This document shows positions 21,801 through 31,664 of a stretch of DNA of 64,000 bases, piece after piece. How positions within the stretch are numbered: the stretch's first letter is position 1; each line of letters opens with the position of its first letter. The notes below the pieces were generated by a model. It had not been told where the DNA came from and ran no database searches. It worked only from the letters and a program-made list of their open reading frames with translations. The stretch covers positions 1-64,000 of the forward strand of contig CBDVDH010000008.1 in assembly GCA_965372715.1 (NCBI GenBank), written 5' to 3'. The translations under genes were made by a program, and so were the position numbers. Source of the stretch: an uncultured bacterium (GTDB lineage: Bacteria > B130-G9).

Positions 21801-24800
21801 ACTGTCGAACCGGTTGAGACTGATTCCTGGCCCTCGGCATTGAACTCGACGAAACTGTCTGCCCGCTCATTCGTAAGCCACTGTATAAGGGCCGTTTCGG
21901 AACCCAGGGCGACAACCACCGGGACGCCGATCACTATCGGGGCGGTCTGGTCGGCTACGACGAAGCAATACGTATATCGGTCGAGACAATTGGGAACGAT
22001 AGCCTTGTCGCAACCCGAGACATCGACAGTTACATACTGATTCTGCTTGAACGGCTCCGGAGGCTCATAAGTCAATGAGGCTCCTTTGCCATCTACTGTG
22101 CTGATGGCTGGTTCGACCTGCACGCCGTCTATCCGGAGCTCCAACGTGGAATTGTCCACTCCCGATATATCGTCGGTGAGCCATATCCAGACGGAGGTGT
22201 CCGGGCTTGCATCTGTGGCGCCGCTCTCCGGGCTCATATCGACACAGTATGGCGGATTGGGGTCAAACTCGACCACCGTCGGTCCCTGCTTCACGCCAGG
22301 GGCCTCTGGATGCCTGGCCTCTGCGCCTCTGCTATCCTCGCAAATGAAGTAGAAGCTATGGCTGACAGCTGACAGCTGAGTCTGGTGTACATAATCAACA
22401 TCAAGGGGGGCCCTCGTGGCTGGCATCATGTCAAAAGCCCGACCATCAATGAGAACCTGCACGAACGAGGCCGCATCGCCGTCATCATCGTGATAGCTGA
22501 CTGAAAACTCATACACTTCGCTCGTGTCACCAAACGTCGGGCTGACTGAGCCGCCTGAGAGGACCGGCGCCGCGTTGACGACCGGACCGGTGAAGGTCCC
22601 AGCGACAGGAAGGCGCACCCCAAGCCCGAATGCGTCCTCAAAGTAGAAGTAGTATTCATGGGCACCAGCCAGGAGCCGCATCTCGTGCTGATACGTCCCA
22701 AACGCGGGGTCCCCCGAGACCAGCCGCATTGAGTGGGCTTCGCCATCAACAAAGGCTTGCTTGACGGAAGGAGGCTGGCCATCCCCGTCTGTGAAGTGGA
22801 CTGCAAAAGTGAAACCAATCTCCGGGAGGCCGGTGGGCGGCGAAACCTCGCCGTCCGAGAGCTCGGGCCGTGTGCGGTCAAATATGACCTGCCAATCAGG
22901 GCTGCTGGGAGCGGACTCCACATTCCCTGCGCAATCCGTCGCTATACTGTAGAAGTAATAGGCGCCATCATCGCTCGGCGGCGTGAATGTGCCCGTTCCA
23001 GAGCCACCGGACCCCTCAACGGAGGATTCATGCCATTGGCCTTCATAGTACCGATACCACACACGGACAGTATCGACGCCGGACCCTGTGTCGTAGGCGA
23101 AATACGTCAGCTCAACGGACGGCGAAGTCACGAACGACTCGGCCGCGGAGCACGATGAGGACGGCGCGGTAGAGTCATAGACCGTCGAGGTCTGCGGCGC
23201 CGATGGCTCCAAGCTGTTCCCGCAGAGGTCAGTGGCGCCAACGAAGAACTCATACATCCCATCTCCACTCGCCGGTGGGCATTCAAACTGCCCGGCCTCT
23301 ACGGCGCCTGTGCTCCATACTTCGACCCAGGAGCCAAGATTGAACCTATAGTACGCCGTAACGGAGCAAAGCCCCGAAACCGAATCCTGAGCCTCAAACG
23401 ACACCCAGATCGGGCCGCTAGTTACGTATTCAGGAGCGATACAAGACGTGTAGGGGGGCGCTGCGTCGTAAGCGGTCTGGTCATCCGGACCTTCTGGGGC
23501 GCTCTCGCGGTTCCCAACCTCGTCCTCGGCGATCGTGTAGAAATGGAACTGTCCCTCGGAAGCCAGGCTGAAACTGAAGGTCCCGGTCTCGTCTGACGTA
23601 TTCGTGCCGTGGAGTATCCAGCTCCCCTCCGAGCCCTGACGGTAGTAGAGCTCCACGCAGACCACGCGAGTATAATCGTCCTGCGCATTGAAGCGGACCT
23701 CGACCGGGGACGTGGTGGCGCACTCATCAACCTCAGCGAACGAGGTTGGTGGTGAGAGGTCAACCGTGACCGAACAGTCATAGCCTCCCGGCGGGAGGGC
23801 CTCTATGTTGCCGGCAAGGTCAGTGCCGATCGAATAGAAGCGATACTCACCCTCGTCCGTTCCGGCGTCAAACGTTACCGTCCCGCTCGTCTCATACACC
23901 GTCGTCCAGAGCGAGGCGCTGCCGCCAAACCACCGATAGACGTCGATTGACGCAAGGCCGTAGGACTCAACTGAATCGAATGCGACGTCGATGGAAGACT
24001 CCGATGAAAGAGGCGGAGCGGTGACAAATGTCTGCGGAGGAAGCCCGTCCGCGAGCGTGGTTGTGTCCGCACGCACGGGCGCCGGCTCCATCACGTCGCC
24101 AGCGCTTAAGGCCCTCGTATAGAACTGATAATAGCCGTCCCCGTCCAGAGAGTAGAAGTCCAGTGTGCCGGAGGTCTCGGGTGAGGTTGTCGAGGTGCTC
24201 GCCCACTCTGCGCCCTCAACGTCGTCCAAGACCTCACCGTAGCGATAATAAAGCCTGACGCCGCCGTAGCCGTCGATGCCAACATCAGTCGTGAAAGTCA
24301 CAGCAACTGTTCCGAATGTGCAGTAGGCTGACGACTCCGCCTCCGAAAGGACAAGCCGCGCGTCGAAGTAGCAGACCGCGTCCGCCTCATTGGGCGCCTC
24401 CTCCTCGTTGCCGGCGGTGTCGGTTGCGATGGTGTAGAACTCGTAGGTCCCATAGCTGACGCCGGGTTCAAACGAGAGAGTCCCCGTGGTCCCACCCTCC
24501 GATACGCCGCTATCGCTCCAGCCCTGGTCCTCGTAGTTGTGCCACAGCGCAACGCTGGCAACGCTGCAAAGCGCATCGCTCGCCGTGAAATCCACGACTA
24601 CGGGCGAATCGTTAGTGAGCTCAATGGTTGCGCACGTCGATTGAGGCGCCGTTGTGTCGTAGATTTCCGAGGCGTCCGCGTCCGCGGGCGGCGCCTCGAC
24701 GTTCCCTGCAACATCGGTCGCGATTGTGTAGAACTCATAGACGCCCTCCCCATTGGTCGGCTCAAAATCGAGACTGCCCTCGGCTGCCTCCTCTTCCGAT

Positions 24801-27800
24801 AGGCCGCTATCCGTCCAGCCCTCACCGTTGTAGTCGTAGAAGAGAACCACCGACGCTATACTGGAAAGGGCATCGCTGGCCATAAACTCCAGAACAATCG
24901 GCGAGGTGTTCGTGTCGTTGATGGCCCAGGAGCTGCCGGACTGACCCGACAGCCAACAGCTGGATACTGGTGGCGTCCAGTCGAACAATGTGGAATCGTC
25001 TCCGTCCCCGGACGGCCCCTCCTCCCAGTTACCAGCCCGGTCCACGGCTACCGTCTGGAAATAATACCGGCCCTCGTCCGAAGCCTCGAACGAAATGGTC
25101 CCGCTAGTCCCAGAAGCGAAGTAATACAGGTCCCACTCGCCCTCTGACTCATACTTGTAGTGGAGCCAGGTTCGATATACGCCGCTGCCGCCGGCGTCAT
25201 CCGACTCGAATGTCACCTCGATCGTAGGCACATTCGAGAGTTCAGGTGAGGTGCACGAGGACCAGGGGAGTTCTTCCTCAACCAGCGGACCATCGGTCGC
25301 CCCTGCGTCCGGGCACCTGTCCGAGCCCCCGGCGCCGTCGTCGCACTCAAAGTAGAAATCATGTTCGCCCAGAGCGAGCGTCATCTCATAGACGTAGGTC
25401 CCGTCGTAGGCCGGGCCGTCGTCCAGCGTCATGTCGTGGCCGCCGTCGCCGTCGATGAACACCTTGATTGAGCCAGGGTAGTCATCGTCATAATCAGAAT
25501 AGTGACACGAGTACACGAAGCTCACGCCTGTCTTGCCATAGTGCGGCTCAACATCGCAGTCCAAGAGCTCGGGCGCCGAGTTTGTTACGGTGGGGCCATC
25601 ATAGTAGCCCGCCTCCTCGGGGTCACGGGCGCTTGAGCCCAGAGTGTCCTTGAACAAAAAGTAGAACGTGTGTTCACCCTGGTGAAGCGACGTCTCGTAG
25701 TAGATATACCTTCCGTTCGCGGCTTCGCCGAGAACGAGCCACATCTGTCCGACCTTCTCATCCTGGGTCCCCTCGTCGATGCGAACCTCCTTCACCGAAG
25801 GCGCGTCGCCGTCCAAATCGTAGTAATCGACCGAATACGTGAACGTCCTGGACCCGGCCCCGGTATCGGGATACACGTCCCCGTTCGACAGGTCCGGCGC
25901 GTGGTTCACAAACGGGCCGTCGTGCTCGCTATCCTCGGGGTCGCGGTCAGTGGAGCCGCTCGGGTCCTCGCACTCGAAGTGGAACGTGTGGTCCCCCTCG
26001 GTACCAAGCGTCGTCTCGTAGCAGTAAGTTCCGTCTGCTGCATTGCCCGAATCCAGCGCCATACCGTGGCCGCCATCGCCGTCAATATGAACCTCGATGA
26101 CGGCCGGCGCCTCGCCGTCCTCGTCGTAATAATGCACGCAGTAGGCGAACAAAGTGCCCGTCGTGCCAGTGTCAGGCGCCACGTCCCCAGCCGAGAGGAC
26201 GGGATCGTAATTGACCGTCGGCCCATCGTGCGTCCCCTCCTCGGGGTCGCTAGCCGCGCCGCCTCGGCCGTCCTCAAAGTAGAAGTAGAACTCGTGTTCC
26301 CCTTCCGGCAGCGTCGTTGAGTAGGTGTAGTCGGCATCAGAGCCGCTGCCGTCCATGTCGTATTCCGTGCCATCAATGGTGACCTTCTTGATGCTGGGCT
26401 CGTCTCCATCCTCGTCGTAGTAGTGAATCGAGAAAGTGAAATCCGTCTCCGTCGTCCCTGAATCCGGATCGACGTCCCCAGCCGTAAGAACCGGATCGTT
26501 TGTCCACTGGCCCGGGATGGGATAATGATAGCCCATATCGACTATGCCAACGTCCGGGACAGCATCCGTCCGGGTGGAGCATTTATTGAGGCCATACGCG
26601 GATGAGTAGTCGTCGCCGGCATCGACGCAAGGGCTCTCAGGAGGCTCTTGAGGCGGGTCCTGTCTAAGGCAGTAGTCACCCATAGGCCCCGATATGAACA
26701 GAGGGTCCTCATCTATGTTGCCCTCACCCGTGTAGCCGCCCTCGATGCAGGAATACGCGATGTCGATAGAGCTTGTCCCGTCAACGTAAATCTCATCCGG
26801 CGAATCACCCCAAAGTATGGAGTTGATGACCATCGGCGAAGAGCTGCTCACGCCGGATATACCACCGCCAATGATTGCCGAGTTCCCACTGATCGTGTTG
26901 CTCAGAATTGCTGGCGAGCTGCTGTTCTCGCAGCCTATCCCGCCACCTCTCTCCGTCGTTGCTTCGTTGTGAGTGATTTCGTTGTTCTTTATCGTGGGCG
27001 AGTTGCTGCCAGTGCAGAATATACCGCCGCCAGATTCGTATGCGGTATTGAATTTGAAATCGTTGTCCTGGATCGTGGGGGAACAGCCGGTCCCCAGCCA
27101 GATACCCGCACCCTTGTGATCTGCGTCGTTGTAAGAGATCACGTTCACCTCGATCGTCGGCGAGCTGTTGTCGTAGCACAGTATCCCACCACCGTTACCA
27201 TCCTGCTCAGCCACAGAGTTGCCGGTGATCGTGTTGCATTTTATGGTCGGGGAACTCCTCACGCAGTATATTCCCCCGCCGTCGCCCGAGAAGTTGTTCC
27301 TGATGGTATTACCTTGTATAATCGCCTGACTATTGTCACCACAGTATATTCCGCCACCCCTTCCGTCCTCTCCTTGCACTCCGGTGTTGTGCTCAATGAT
27401 GTTCTCTTGAATAGTGGGGCAGCTTTGGCAGCAATATATGCCGCCACCTTGCAGGTCAGGAGGCTCGTTTCCTACTTTGCCTCGACTTATTGTCAAGCTC
27501 TCGATCGTGAATCGACTCACATTGTAGCAGTAAATGACGTGGTAAGCTACCTCTTCGGCATCGAGAATTGTTGTGTCGCGGTCCTCGCCGGACAAAGAGA
27601 CCCAGCTCTTCATGTTCAGCGGGAACGTCTCGCCGTTGGTTGAGGCGGCGTAGGTGCCGGCCTCCGCGTGGATGATCTTTGGTTCGGCGCCGTTGCTCTC
27701 TACCGAATCGAGAGCGTGTGTAATAGTCTTCCAGGGGCTTCCCTGGCTGCCGTCGTTGCCGTCGTCCCCTGAATCGGCGTCAACGTAGTAGTGGCTGAGT

Positions 27801-30800
27801 CCGGATGTGAAGTGGTAGCCCATATCGACCGTGCCGGAGTCATCCACGCCGTCGGTTCGCGTCGTCCGATCGTCCATGCCCAGATTCGCCGCGGTATCGC
27901 TGCCCGCATCAACGCAAGGGCTGTCACTGTCCTGCCCCGCCGCCGTCTGGCTCAGATAGCACCCATAGACGAACTCAGGGGCCTCCTCGATGTTCCCCTC
28001 GCCATCATATCCCCCCTGGATGCAGGAGTATGTGACGGCCATTGAATCCTGATCGGCTTGGACCTCACCAGCAGAGTTGCCCCAGAGAATCGAATGGATG
28101 AGAGTGGGTGAGGCGGAAGCGTCAGACCATATCCCCGCACCCGCACCGGCCGAGTTGCCAGACAAGGTGTTGTTCCTGATGATCGGCGAGGTTGAACTAC
28201 CCCTACAGGCTATCGCCCCACCCATATTGGTCGCCGTATTGCCAGTCATCATATTATTCTCAATGACTGGTGAACTCCCATCGTTGCAACCTATGCCAGC
28301 GCCGTGCTCATACGCCTCGTTGCCAGTGATTACGTTATTTCTGATCATAGGCGAACTGCCCTGCCTGCAGGCTATCCCACCCTCGTACTGTGCGCGGTTG
28401 TTGCTGATCACGTTCTCTTCGATTGTGGGAGAGCTATCGCTGCAATATATCCCCCCACCGGCTGTACCCGTCACAGTATTGTCGTTTATTACATTGGCTC
28501 TTATTGTCGGCGAGCTGTGAATACAATAAATGCCCCCGCCGTTCCCAGCGGTGTTTGAGTCTATCGTGTTGTTCTGAACCGTCGGAGAGCTGTAGGAGCA
28601 GTGTATCCCCGCGCCTTCGGAAGCACTCCCCCCAGTTATCTTGAAGCCCTGTATCGTCAGATTATCGACGTGGTCGCAGTAGATAACTCGATTCGAGCTT
28701 TCAGCGTCGAGGATCGTCGTATCTCTGTCCTGGCCGACCAGCGAGACCCAGTCCTCCATGTTGAGCGGGAAAGTCTCGCCGTTGGTTGAGGCGGCGTAGG
28801 TTGTGGCCGCGACGCGAATGGTTACGGGGAGGCTCTCGGTGCCCGAGACCGAGGCGAGCGCGTGCGTGATAGTCTTCCAGGGCCTGCCCTGGCTGCCGTC
28901 GTTGCTGTCGCTTCCCGTGTCGCCGTCAACGTAGTACACGTTGGATTCGTAGTGGTAGCCCATGTCAACCGTTCCGGTGTCCGGGACGCAGTCGGTTCGA
29001 GTCGTTCGGTTGTCCAGTCCCAGGTTGGCCGCGGTGTCGCTTCCGGCATCGACGCACGGGCTGTCTGCGCCCTCACCGGCTGCCGTCTGGCTGAGGTAAT
29101 AATCACCGTCCGGGCCTGTTACAAACAGGGGGTCATCGCTGATGTTTCCCGTGCCCGAATACCCCCCTTCGATGCAGGAATACGTAATATCGATAGAGCT
29201 CATGCCATCAACGTAAATCTCGTCTGGCGAGTCGCCCCAGAGAATCGAGTCAGTTACCGTCGGGTCGCAGTTGGTCTGGGCCCATATCGCCCCGCCTCCG
29301 TTTGCGCCGGAGTTACCACTGATCGTGTTGCTATGAAGCACCGGCGAACAGCCATCCGCAAGCCATATCCCCCCGCCAGTACGCACCGCATTGTTGTCAG
29401 TTATCGTGTTGTTCTGGATCGTCGGTGAGCGCGTCCTGTAGCAGCCTATGCCCGCGCCATTAGACCCGTCGTTCTCATCTATTGTGTTCCATTCGATGAT
29501 TGTGGAACTTGCATAAAGATATATCCCGCCGCCGGCGTAAACGTCCTCCGCCCCCGTCTGCGTGTTGCGACAAATCGTGTTGCCCTGAATAATGCCAGAG
29601 CTCGAAAAACAGCTTATCCCGCCGCCGCTGCCATCTGTCGAGTTGTCGCTTATGACGTTGTTCTCTATCGTTGGCGAGGTAGCATACTCGCAGTGTATGC
29701 CCCCACCCGCGTAATCCGCATAGTTGCCCGTAATAATGTTCTCTCGGATGATCGGCGAACTGGCTTTGCAGAATATCCCACCTCCCAATGAGCCTTTTCC
29801 TGTCGTTCCTGTGTTCGCGTTACCACCAGTTATTGTCAAACCCTCGATCTCCAAGTTCTCGGCATCAGTGCAGTCGATGACGTGATAGGCGGCATCCTCG
29901 GCGTCGAGGATGGTGGTGTTACGGTCCTCGCCGGAGAGCGAGACGTAGTCCTCCATGTTTAGCGGGAAAGTCTCGCCGTTGGCTGAGGAGGCGTAGGTGC
30001 CGGCCGCGACGTTGATGATGACAGGATAGTCTTCAGTACCAGTGACCGCTGCGAGGGCGTGCGTAATGGTCTTCCAAGGGCTGCTCTGGCTGCCGTCGTT
30101 GCTGTCGCTTCCGGTATCGGCGTCAACGTAGAAGGTGGTTAATCCCGCCGCGTAGTGGTAGCCCATGTCAACGGTTCCAGAATCATCGGTCCCGTCGGTC
30201 CGGGTCGTCCGATCATCCAGCCCAAGATTGGCGGCCGTGTCGCTGCCGGTATCGACGCAAGGGCTGTCCGAGCCTTGCCCGGCCGCCGTCTGGCTCAAGT
30301 AATAGTGCCCAGTCACGAACAGCGGGTCCTGGTCGGTGTTACCTGTCCCTGGGTAGCCGCCCTCAATGCAGGAATATGTAACATCTATGGAGCTCGTGCC
30401 GTCAACGTAGATCTCATCCGGCGAATCCCCCCAGAGGATCGAGTCGGTAACGGTAGGCGAACTGCTGTTCTCGCAGTATATCGCACCCCCGTCACCTTGG
30501 CCGGTGTTGTTCGTTATCGTGTTATTCTGGATTGTGGGGGAAGAGTCATCGCAGAATATCCCTGCGCCAAACCCACTTCCTCCGACTCCTGTCGTTGCCG
30601 TGTTGCCACTAATGATATTGTTCCTGATGGTGGGCGAACTCTCGTAGCACCTTATCCCGCCGCCGTCGCCACTGGCGCCGTAGCCTCCCCTCGCCTCGTT
30701 CTTTGTTATGATGTTGTTGTCGATAAGGACTGATCCACTCCTGTAGCAGCATACGCCGCCCCCTTCCAGCCCTACGTTCTCAGTGATCAAGTTGCCTTCG

Positions 30801-31342
30801 ATCGTCGCCGAACCGCCAGAGTGGCAATATATCGCGGCGTGCGCGTGGGCGTAGTTGCCGGTGATGATGTTGTTTCGGATTATCGGCGAGCCGTCAACCC
30901 CGCAGAGTATGCCCGCTCCATGCTCGTCGTAGCTTCCCCCGTTAGCATAGCCGCGCGTTATCGTGAAGCCCTCTATCGTCAAGTTATCATCGTTCGTGCA
31001 GTCCATGACGTGGTAGGCGGCGTTCTCCGCGTCGAGGATCGTGGTCTGTCGGTCCTCGCCTGAGAGCGACACGTAGCTCTTCGTGTGGAGCGGGAATGTC
31101 TCGCCGTTGGTTGAGGCGGCGTAAGTTCCGGCTGCGACGTGGATAGTAACTGGATCGCCCGCGCTTCCGGTCACGCTGTCCAATGCGTGCGTTATTGTCT
31201 TCCAGGGGCTGCCTTGCGAGCCGTCGTTGCCGTCATCGCCCGATTCTGCGTCCACGTAATAGTCGGACGCTGTCGCAGAGGCGATGAGGCCGAACGTCAG
31301 AAGGATTGAAATGATGAGGATAACATTGATGTTTCTGGTCAT
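18812..31342 (-). CDS. Giant secreted surface protein, 4176 aa: four DUF1565/right-handed beta-helix modules, Ig-like repeats, FN3-like repeats, three terminal domains
   Basis: Signal peptide; four modules starting YYVDxxxGxDxNDGSQxxPWKTITHAL..TYAASTNGETFPL with GGGIxC..SSPTI.NN.I..N coils; WxTDExSD..L.GL.P.T.Y FN3-type repeats. Confidence 0.92.
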   Translation of the reverse strand: MTRNINVILIISILLTFGLIASATASDYYVDAESGDDGNDGSQGSPWKTITHALDSVTGSAGDPVTIHVAAGTYAASTNGETFPLHTKSYVSLSGEDRQTTILDAENAAYHVMDCTNDDNLTIEGFTITRGYANGGSYDEHGAGILCGVDGSPIIRNNIITGNYAHAHAAIYCHSGGSATIEGNLITENVGLEGGGVCCYRSGSVLIDNNIITKNEARGGYGASGDGGGIRCYESSPTIRNNIISGNTATTGVGGSGFGAGIFCDDSSPTIQNNTITNNTGQGDGGAIYCENSSSPTVTDSILWGDSPDEIYVDGTSSIDVTYSCIEGGYPGTGNTDQDPLFVTGHYYLSQTAAGQGSDSPCVDTGSDTAANLGLDDRTTRTDGTDDSGTVDMGYHYAAGLTTFYVDADTGSDSNDGSQSSPWKTITHALAAVTGTEDYPVIINVAAGTYASSANGETFPLNMEDYVSLSGEDRNTTILDAEDAAYHVIDCTDAENLEIEGLTITGGNANTGTTGKGSLGGGIFCKASSPIIRENIITGNYADYAGGGIHCEYATSPTIENNVISDNSTDGSGGGISCFSSSGIIQGNTICRNTQTGAEDVYAGGGIYLYASSTIIEWNTIDENDGSNGAGIGCYRTRSPTIQNNTITDNNAVRTGGGIWLADGCSPVLHSNTISGNSGANGGGAIWAQTNCDPTVTDSILWGDSPDEIYVDGMSSIDITYSCIEGGYSGTGNISDDPLFVTGPDGDYYLSQTAAGEGADSPCVDAGSDTAANLGLDNRTTRTDCVPDTGTVDMGYHYESNVYYVDGDTGSDSNDGSQGRPWKTITHALASVSGTESLPVTIRVAATTYAASTNGETFPLNMEDWVSLVGQDRDTTILDAESSNRVIYCDHVDNLTIQGFKITGGSASEGAGIHCSYSSPTVQNNTIDSNTAGNGGGIYCIHSSPTIRANVINDNTVTGTAGGGIYCSDSSPTIEENVISNNRAQYEGGIACRQGSSPMIRNNVITGNEAYEHGAGIGCNDGSSPVIENNMMTGNTATNMGGAIACRGSSTSPIIRNNTLSGNSAGAGAGIWSDASASPTLIHSILWGNSAGEVQADQDSMAVTYSCIQGGYDGEGNIEEAPEFVYGCYLSQTAAGQDSDSPCVDAGSDTAANLGMDDRTTRTDGVDDSGTVDMGYHFTSGLSHYYVDADSGDDGNDGSQGSPWKTITHALDSVESNGAEPKIIHAEAGTYAASTNGETFPLNMKSWVSLSGEDRDTTILDAEEVAYHVIYCYNVSRFTIESLTISRGKVGNEPPDLQGGGIYCCQSCPTIQENIIEHNTGVQGEDGRGGGIYCGDNSQAIIQGNTIRNNFSGDGGGIYCVRSSPTIKCNTITGNSVAEQDGNGGGILCYDNSSPTIEVNVISYNDADHKGAGIWLGTGCSPTIQDNDFKFNTAYESGGGIFCTGSNSPTIKNNEITHNEATTERGGGIGCENSSSPAILSNTISGNSAIIGGGISGVSSSSPMVINSILWGDSPDEIYVDGTSSIDIAYSCIEGGYTGEGNIDEDPLFISGPMGDYCLRQDPPQEPPESPCVDAGDDYSSAYGLNKCSTRTDAVPDVGIVDMGYHYPIPGQWTNDPVLTAGDVDPDSGTTETDFTFSIHYYDEDGDEPSIKKVTIDGTEYDMDGSGSDADYTYSTTLPEGEHEFYFYFEDGRGGAASDPEEGTHDGPTVNYDPVLSAGDVAPDTGTTGTLFAYCVHYYDEDGEAPAVIEVHIDGDGGHGMALDSGNAADGTYCYETTLGTEGDHTFHFECEDPSGSTDRDPEDSEHDGPFVNHAPDLSNGDVYPDTGAGSRTFTYSVDYYDLDGDAPSVKEVRIDEGTQDEKVGQMWLVLGEAANGRYIYYETSLHQGEHTFYFLFKDTLGSSARDPEEAGYYDGPTVTNSAPELLDCDVEPHYGKTGVSFVYSCHYSDYDDDYPGSIKVFIDGDGGHDMTLDDGPAYDGTYVYEMTLALGEHDFYFECDDGAGGSDRCPDAGATDGPLVEEELPWSSCTSPELSNVPTIEVTFESDDAGGSGVYRTWLHYKYESEGEWDLYYFASGTSGTISFEASDEGRYYFQTVAVDRAGNWEEGPSGDGDDSTLFDWTPPVSSCWLSGQSGSSWAINDTNTSPIVLEFMASDALSSIASVVLFYDYNGEGWTDSGLSEEEAAEGSLDFEPTNGEGVYEFYTIATDVAGNVEAPPADADASEIYDTTAPQSTCATIELTNDSPVVVDFTASDALCSVASVALWHNYEDQGWSDSGVSEGGTTGTLSFEPGVSYGTYEFYTIATDTAGNEEEAPNEADAVCYFDARLVLSEAESSAYCTFGTVAVTFTTDVGIDGYGGVRLYYRYGEVLDDVEGAEWASTSTTSPETSGTLDFYSLDGDGYYQFYTRALSAGDVMEPAPVRADTTTLADGLPPQTFVTAPPLSSESSIDVAFDSVESYGLASIDVYRWFGGSASLWTTVYETSGTVTFDAGTDEGEYRFYSIGTDLAGNIEALPPGGYDCSVTVDLSPPTSFAEVDECATTSPVEVRFNAQDDYTRVVCVELYYRQGSEGSWILHGTNTSDETGTFSFSLASEGQFHFYTIAEDEVGNRESAPEGPDDQTAYDAAPPYTSCIAPEYVTSGPIWVSFEAQDSVSGLCSVTAYYRFNLGSWVEVWSTGAVEAGQFECPPASGDGMYEFFVGATDLCGNSLEPSAPQTSTVYDSTAPSSSCSAAESFVTSPSVELTYFAYDTGSGVDTVRVWYRYYEGQWHESSVEGSGGSGTGTFTPPSDDGAYYFYSIATDCAGNVESAPSSPDWQVIFDRTRPELSDGEVSPPTGLPEIGFTFAVHFTDGDGQPPSVKQAFVDGEAHSMRLVSGDPAFGTYQHEMRLLAGAHEYYFYFEDAFGLGVRLPVAGTFTGPVVNAAPVLSGGSVSPTFGDTSEVYEFSVSYHDDDGDAASFVQVLIDGRAFDMMPATRAPLDVDYVHQTQLSAVSHSFYFICEDSRGAEARHPEAPGVKQGPTVVEFDPNPPYCVDMSPESGATDASPDTSVWIWLTDDISGVDNSTLELRIDGVQVEPAISTVDGKGASLTYEPPEPFKQNQYVTVDVSGCDKAIVPNCLDRYTYCFVVADQTAPIVIGVPVVVALGSETALIQWLTNERADSFVEFNAEGQESVSTGSTVMTQLHTVQLHGLSPNTTYRFRVGSTDNAGNGPTYSCWDAFRTAVREDTTPPKVLTGPAAADVSHNGATVIWTTDEPSLGHLLYSPMRRRGSTFAEDECKREHSILLQGLQSNTEYECELTCTDMSGNVGSPAILYFATSNKPDTSPPEIVEGPEVIYVDVQIALVGFRTDELCTAWVTYGKTDMHGSTANEPNASTDHEIYLGDLTPATEYHYQVHCEDLLGNRGSASSDLTFTTLSSSDESGLHCTSGPEVAYLTDGEAKIEWTTDKVSDTQVIFWKEGASTQGAGAGLWRSGRSTFKHEAYLTGLTPGTAYEYLISSQDPSGNSLPSQDVGTFRTQDTPDTTPPDISDIACSYNAGGKARIDWDTSEPSDSRIYYWKKQSRQAGKDSWAGSENTMYHSGWITGLEGDADYEYEVGSRDASGNFSWSDTEGFTASGQEDTTPPSFTYGPDVESRRGNDSISITWRTNEIATTVLEYYLSDETTADRYHRASYEHTTSHRVELVGLAPGPYEFEATSKDPSGNVSLPRYGAFTVQGSEAEPSLSNPCVTPTYGNLETDFTFRVEYRGSVGRAPRSAHVIIDGSERKVMTCIEGRPDDGVYAYTTKLASGTHTFRFEFESRTGTAVSSPATGVYSGPRVEAAPEFSLSLTTDKAEYALGEKQTVWLDASNAGDGCAVDLFVYLLLPDGSRLYWPDLGPEPTPIPILPFSSGASFDDYRLFDQELPSDLSSGDYAWKAVLCEHSTFDELCYPATAPFTITTGHAWCSIDLRLNESKFVPGDEFALSLYVTNPGDELEADLYVNVTLPDGPSLYLPYLSTEPAPMAISVPAGCENEEFSILELTLPEGLPSGKYELTARLCLRSSMEALSDESEASFELFNFSVTIAANGSSFSTGDDLTVSVSVRNLGDDIDLDLYIALMSPDGTFLYLPSFVSDPTRYYPFRPLLSGTEYDDVPILETAIPPGLVLGNYCFFAAFFEPDTPSLYGTFSAACWELRE

Positions 31343-31365
31343 CGAAGGTCTCCCGTCCTTTGCGC

Positions 31366-31535
31366 ATTATAAATGTGCAATACATAAATGCCAAACCGCA
31401 TTGGGTGAGAGTAAGCGCCAAACAAAAACCGAATCGCTGCGCATTGGCGCCTACTCTCCACCAGACAATATGCAGATATGTCTGCTGTCTGTCAACTTGG
31501 GACGGGATTCTACGTAATTGCTGGAGGGACTGCAA
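31366..31535 (-). promoter_or_regulatory. Two candidate sigma70 promoters separated by a long hairpin, upstream of the 4176-aa gene
   Basis: TTGCAG-N17-TAGAAT (31535-31507) and TTGGCA-N17-TATAAT (31394-31366); 15-bp inverted repeat 31407-31421 / 31444-31458 between them. Confidence 0.55.
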
Positions 31536-31562
31536 GCTGTTTTTCTGGTAGGGCGCAGCAAG

Positions 31563-31664
31563 GAGGCTGGGACATAAGTCGGTGCAGGGCGTTGTAGGGG
31601 CAATCCCCCCGCGGTTGCCCTTTACGATCAATAAGATAGGGCAGGCGCGGGGGCCAGCCCCTAC
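31563..31664. mobile_element. Partial IS1182-like MITE (one TIR) with an inverted GTAG-REP pair
   Basis: GAGGCTGGGACATAAGTCG followed by GTAGGGGCAATCCCCCCGCGGTTGCCC and GGGCAGGCGCGGGGGCCAGCCCCTAC. Confidence 0.6.

Noticed and set aside
8842-31300. Many 60-330 aa ORFs inside the giant genes
   Set aside because: Shadow or alternative frames of GC-rich coding sequence, with no motifs.
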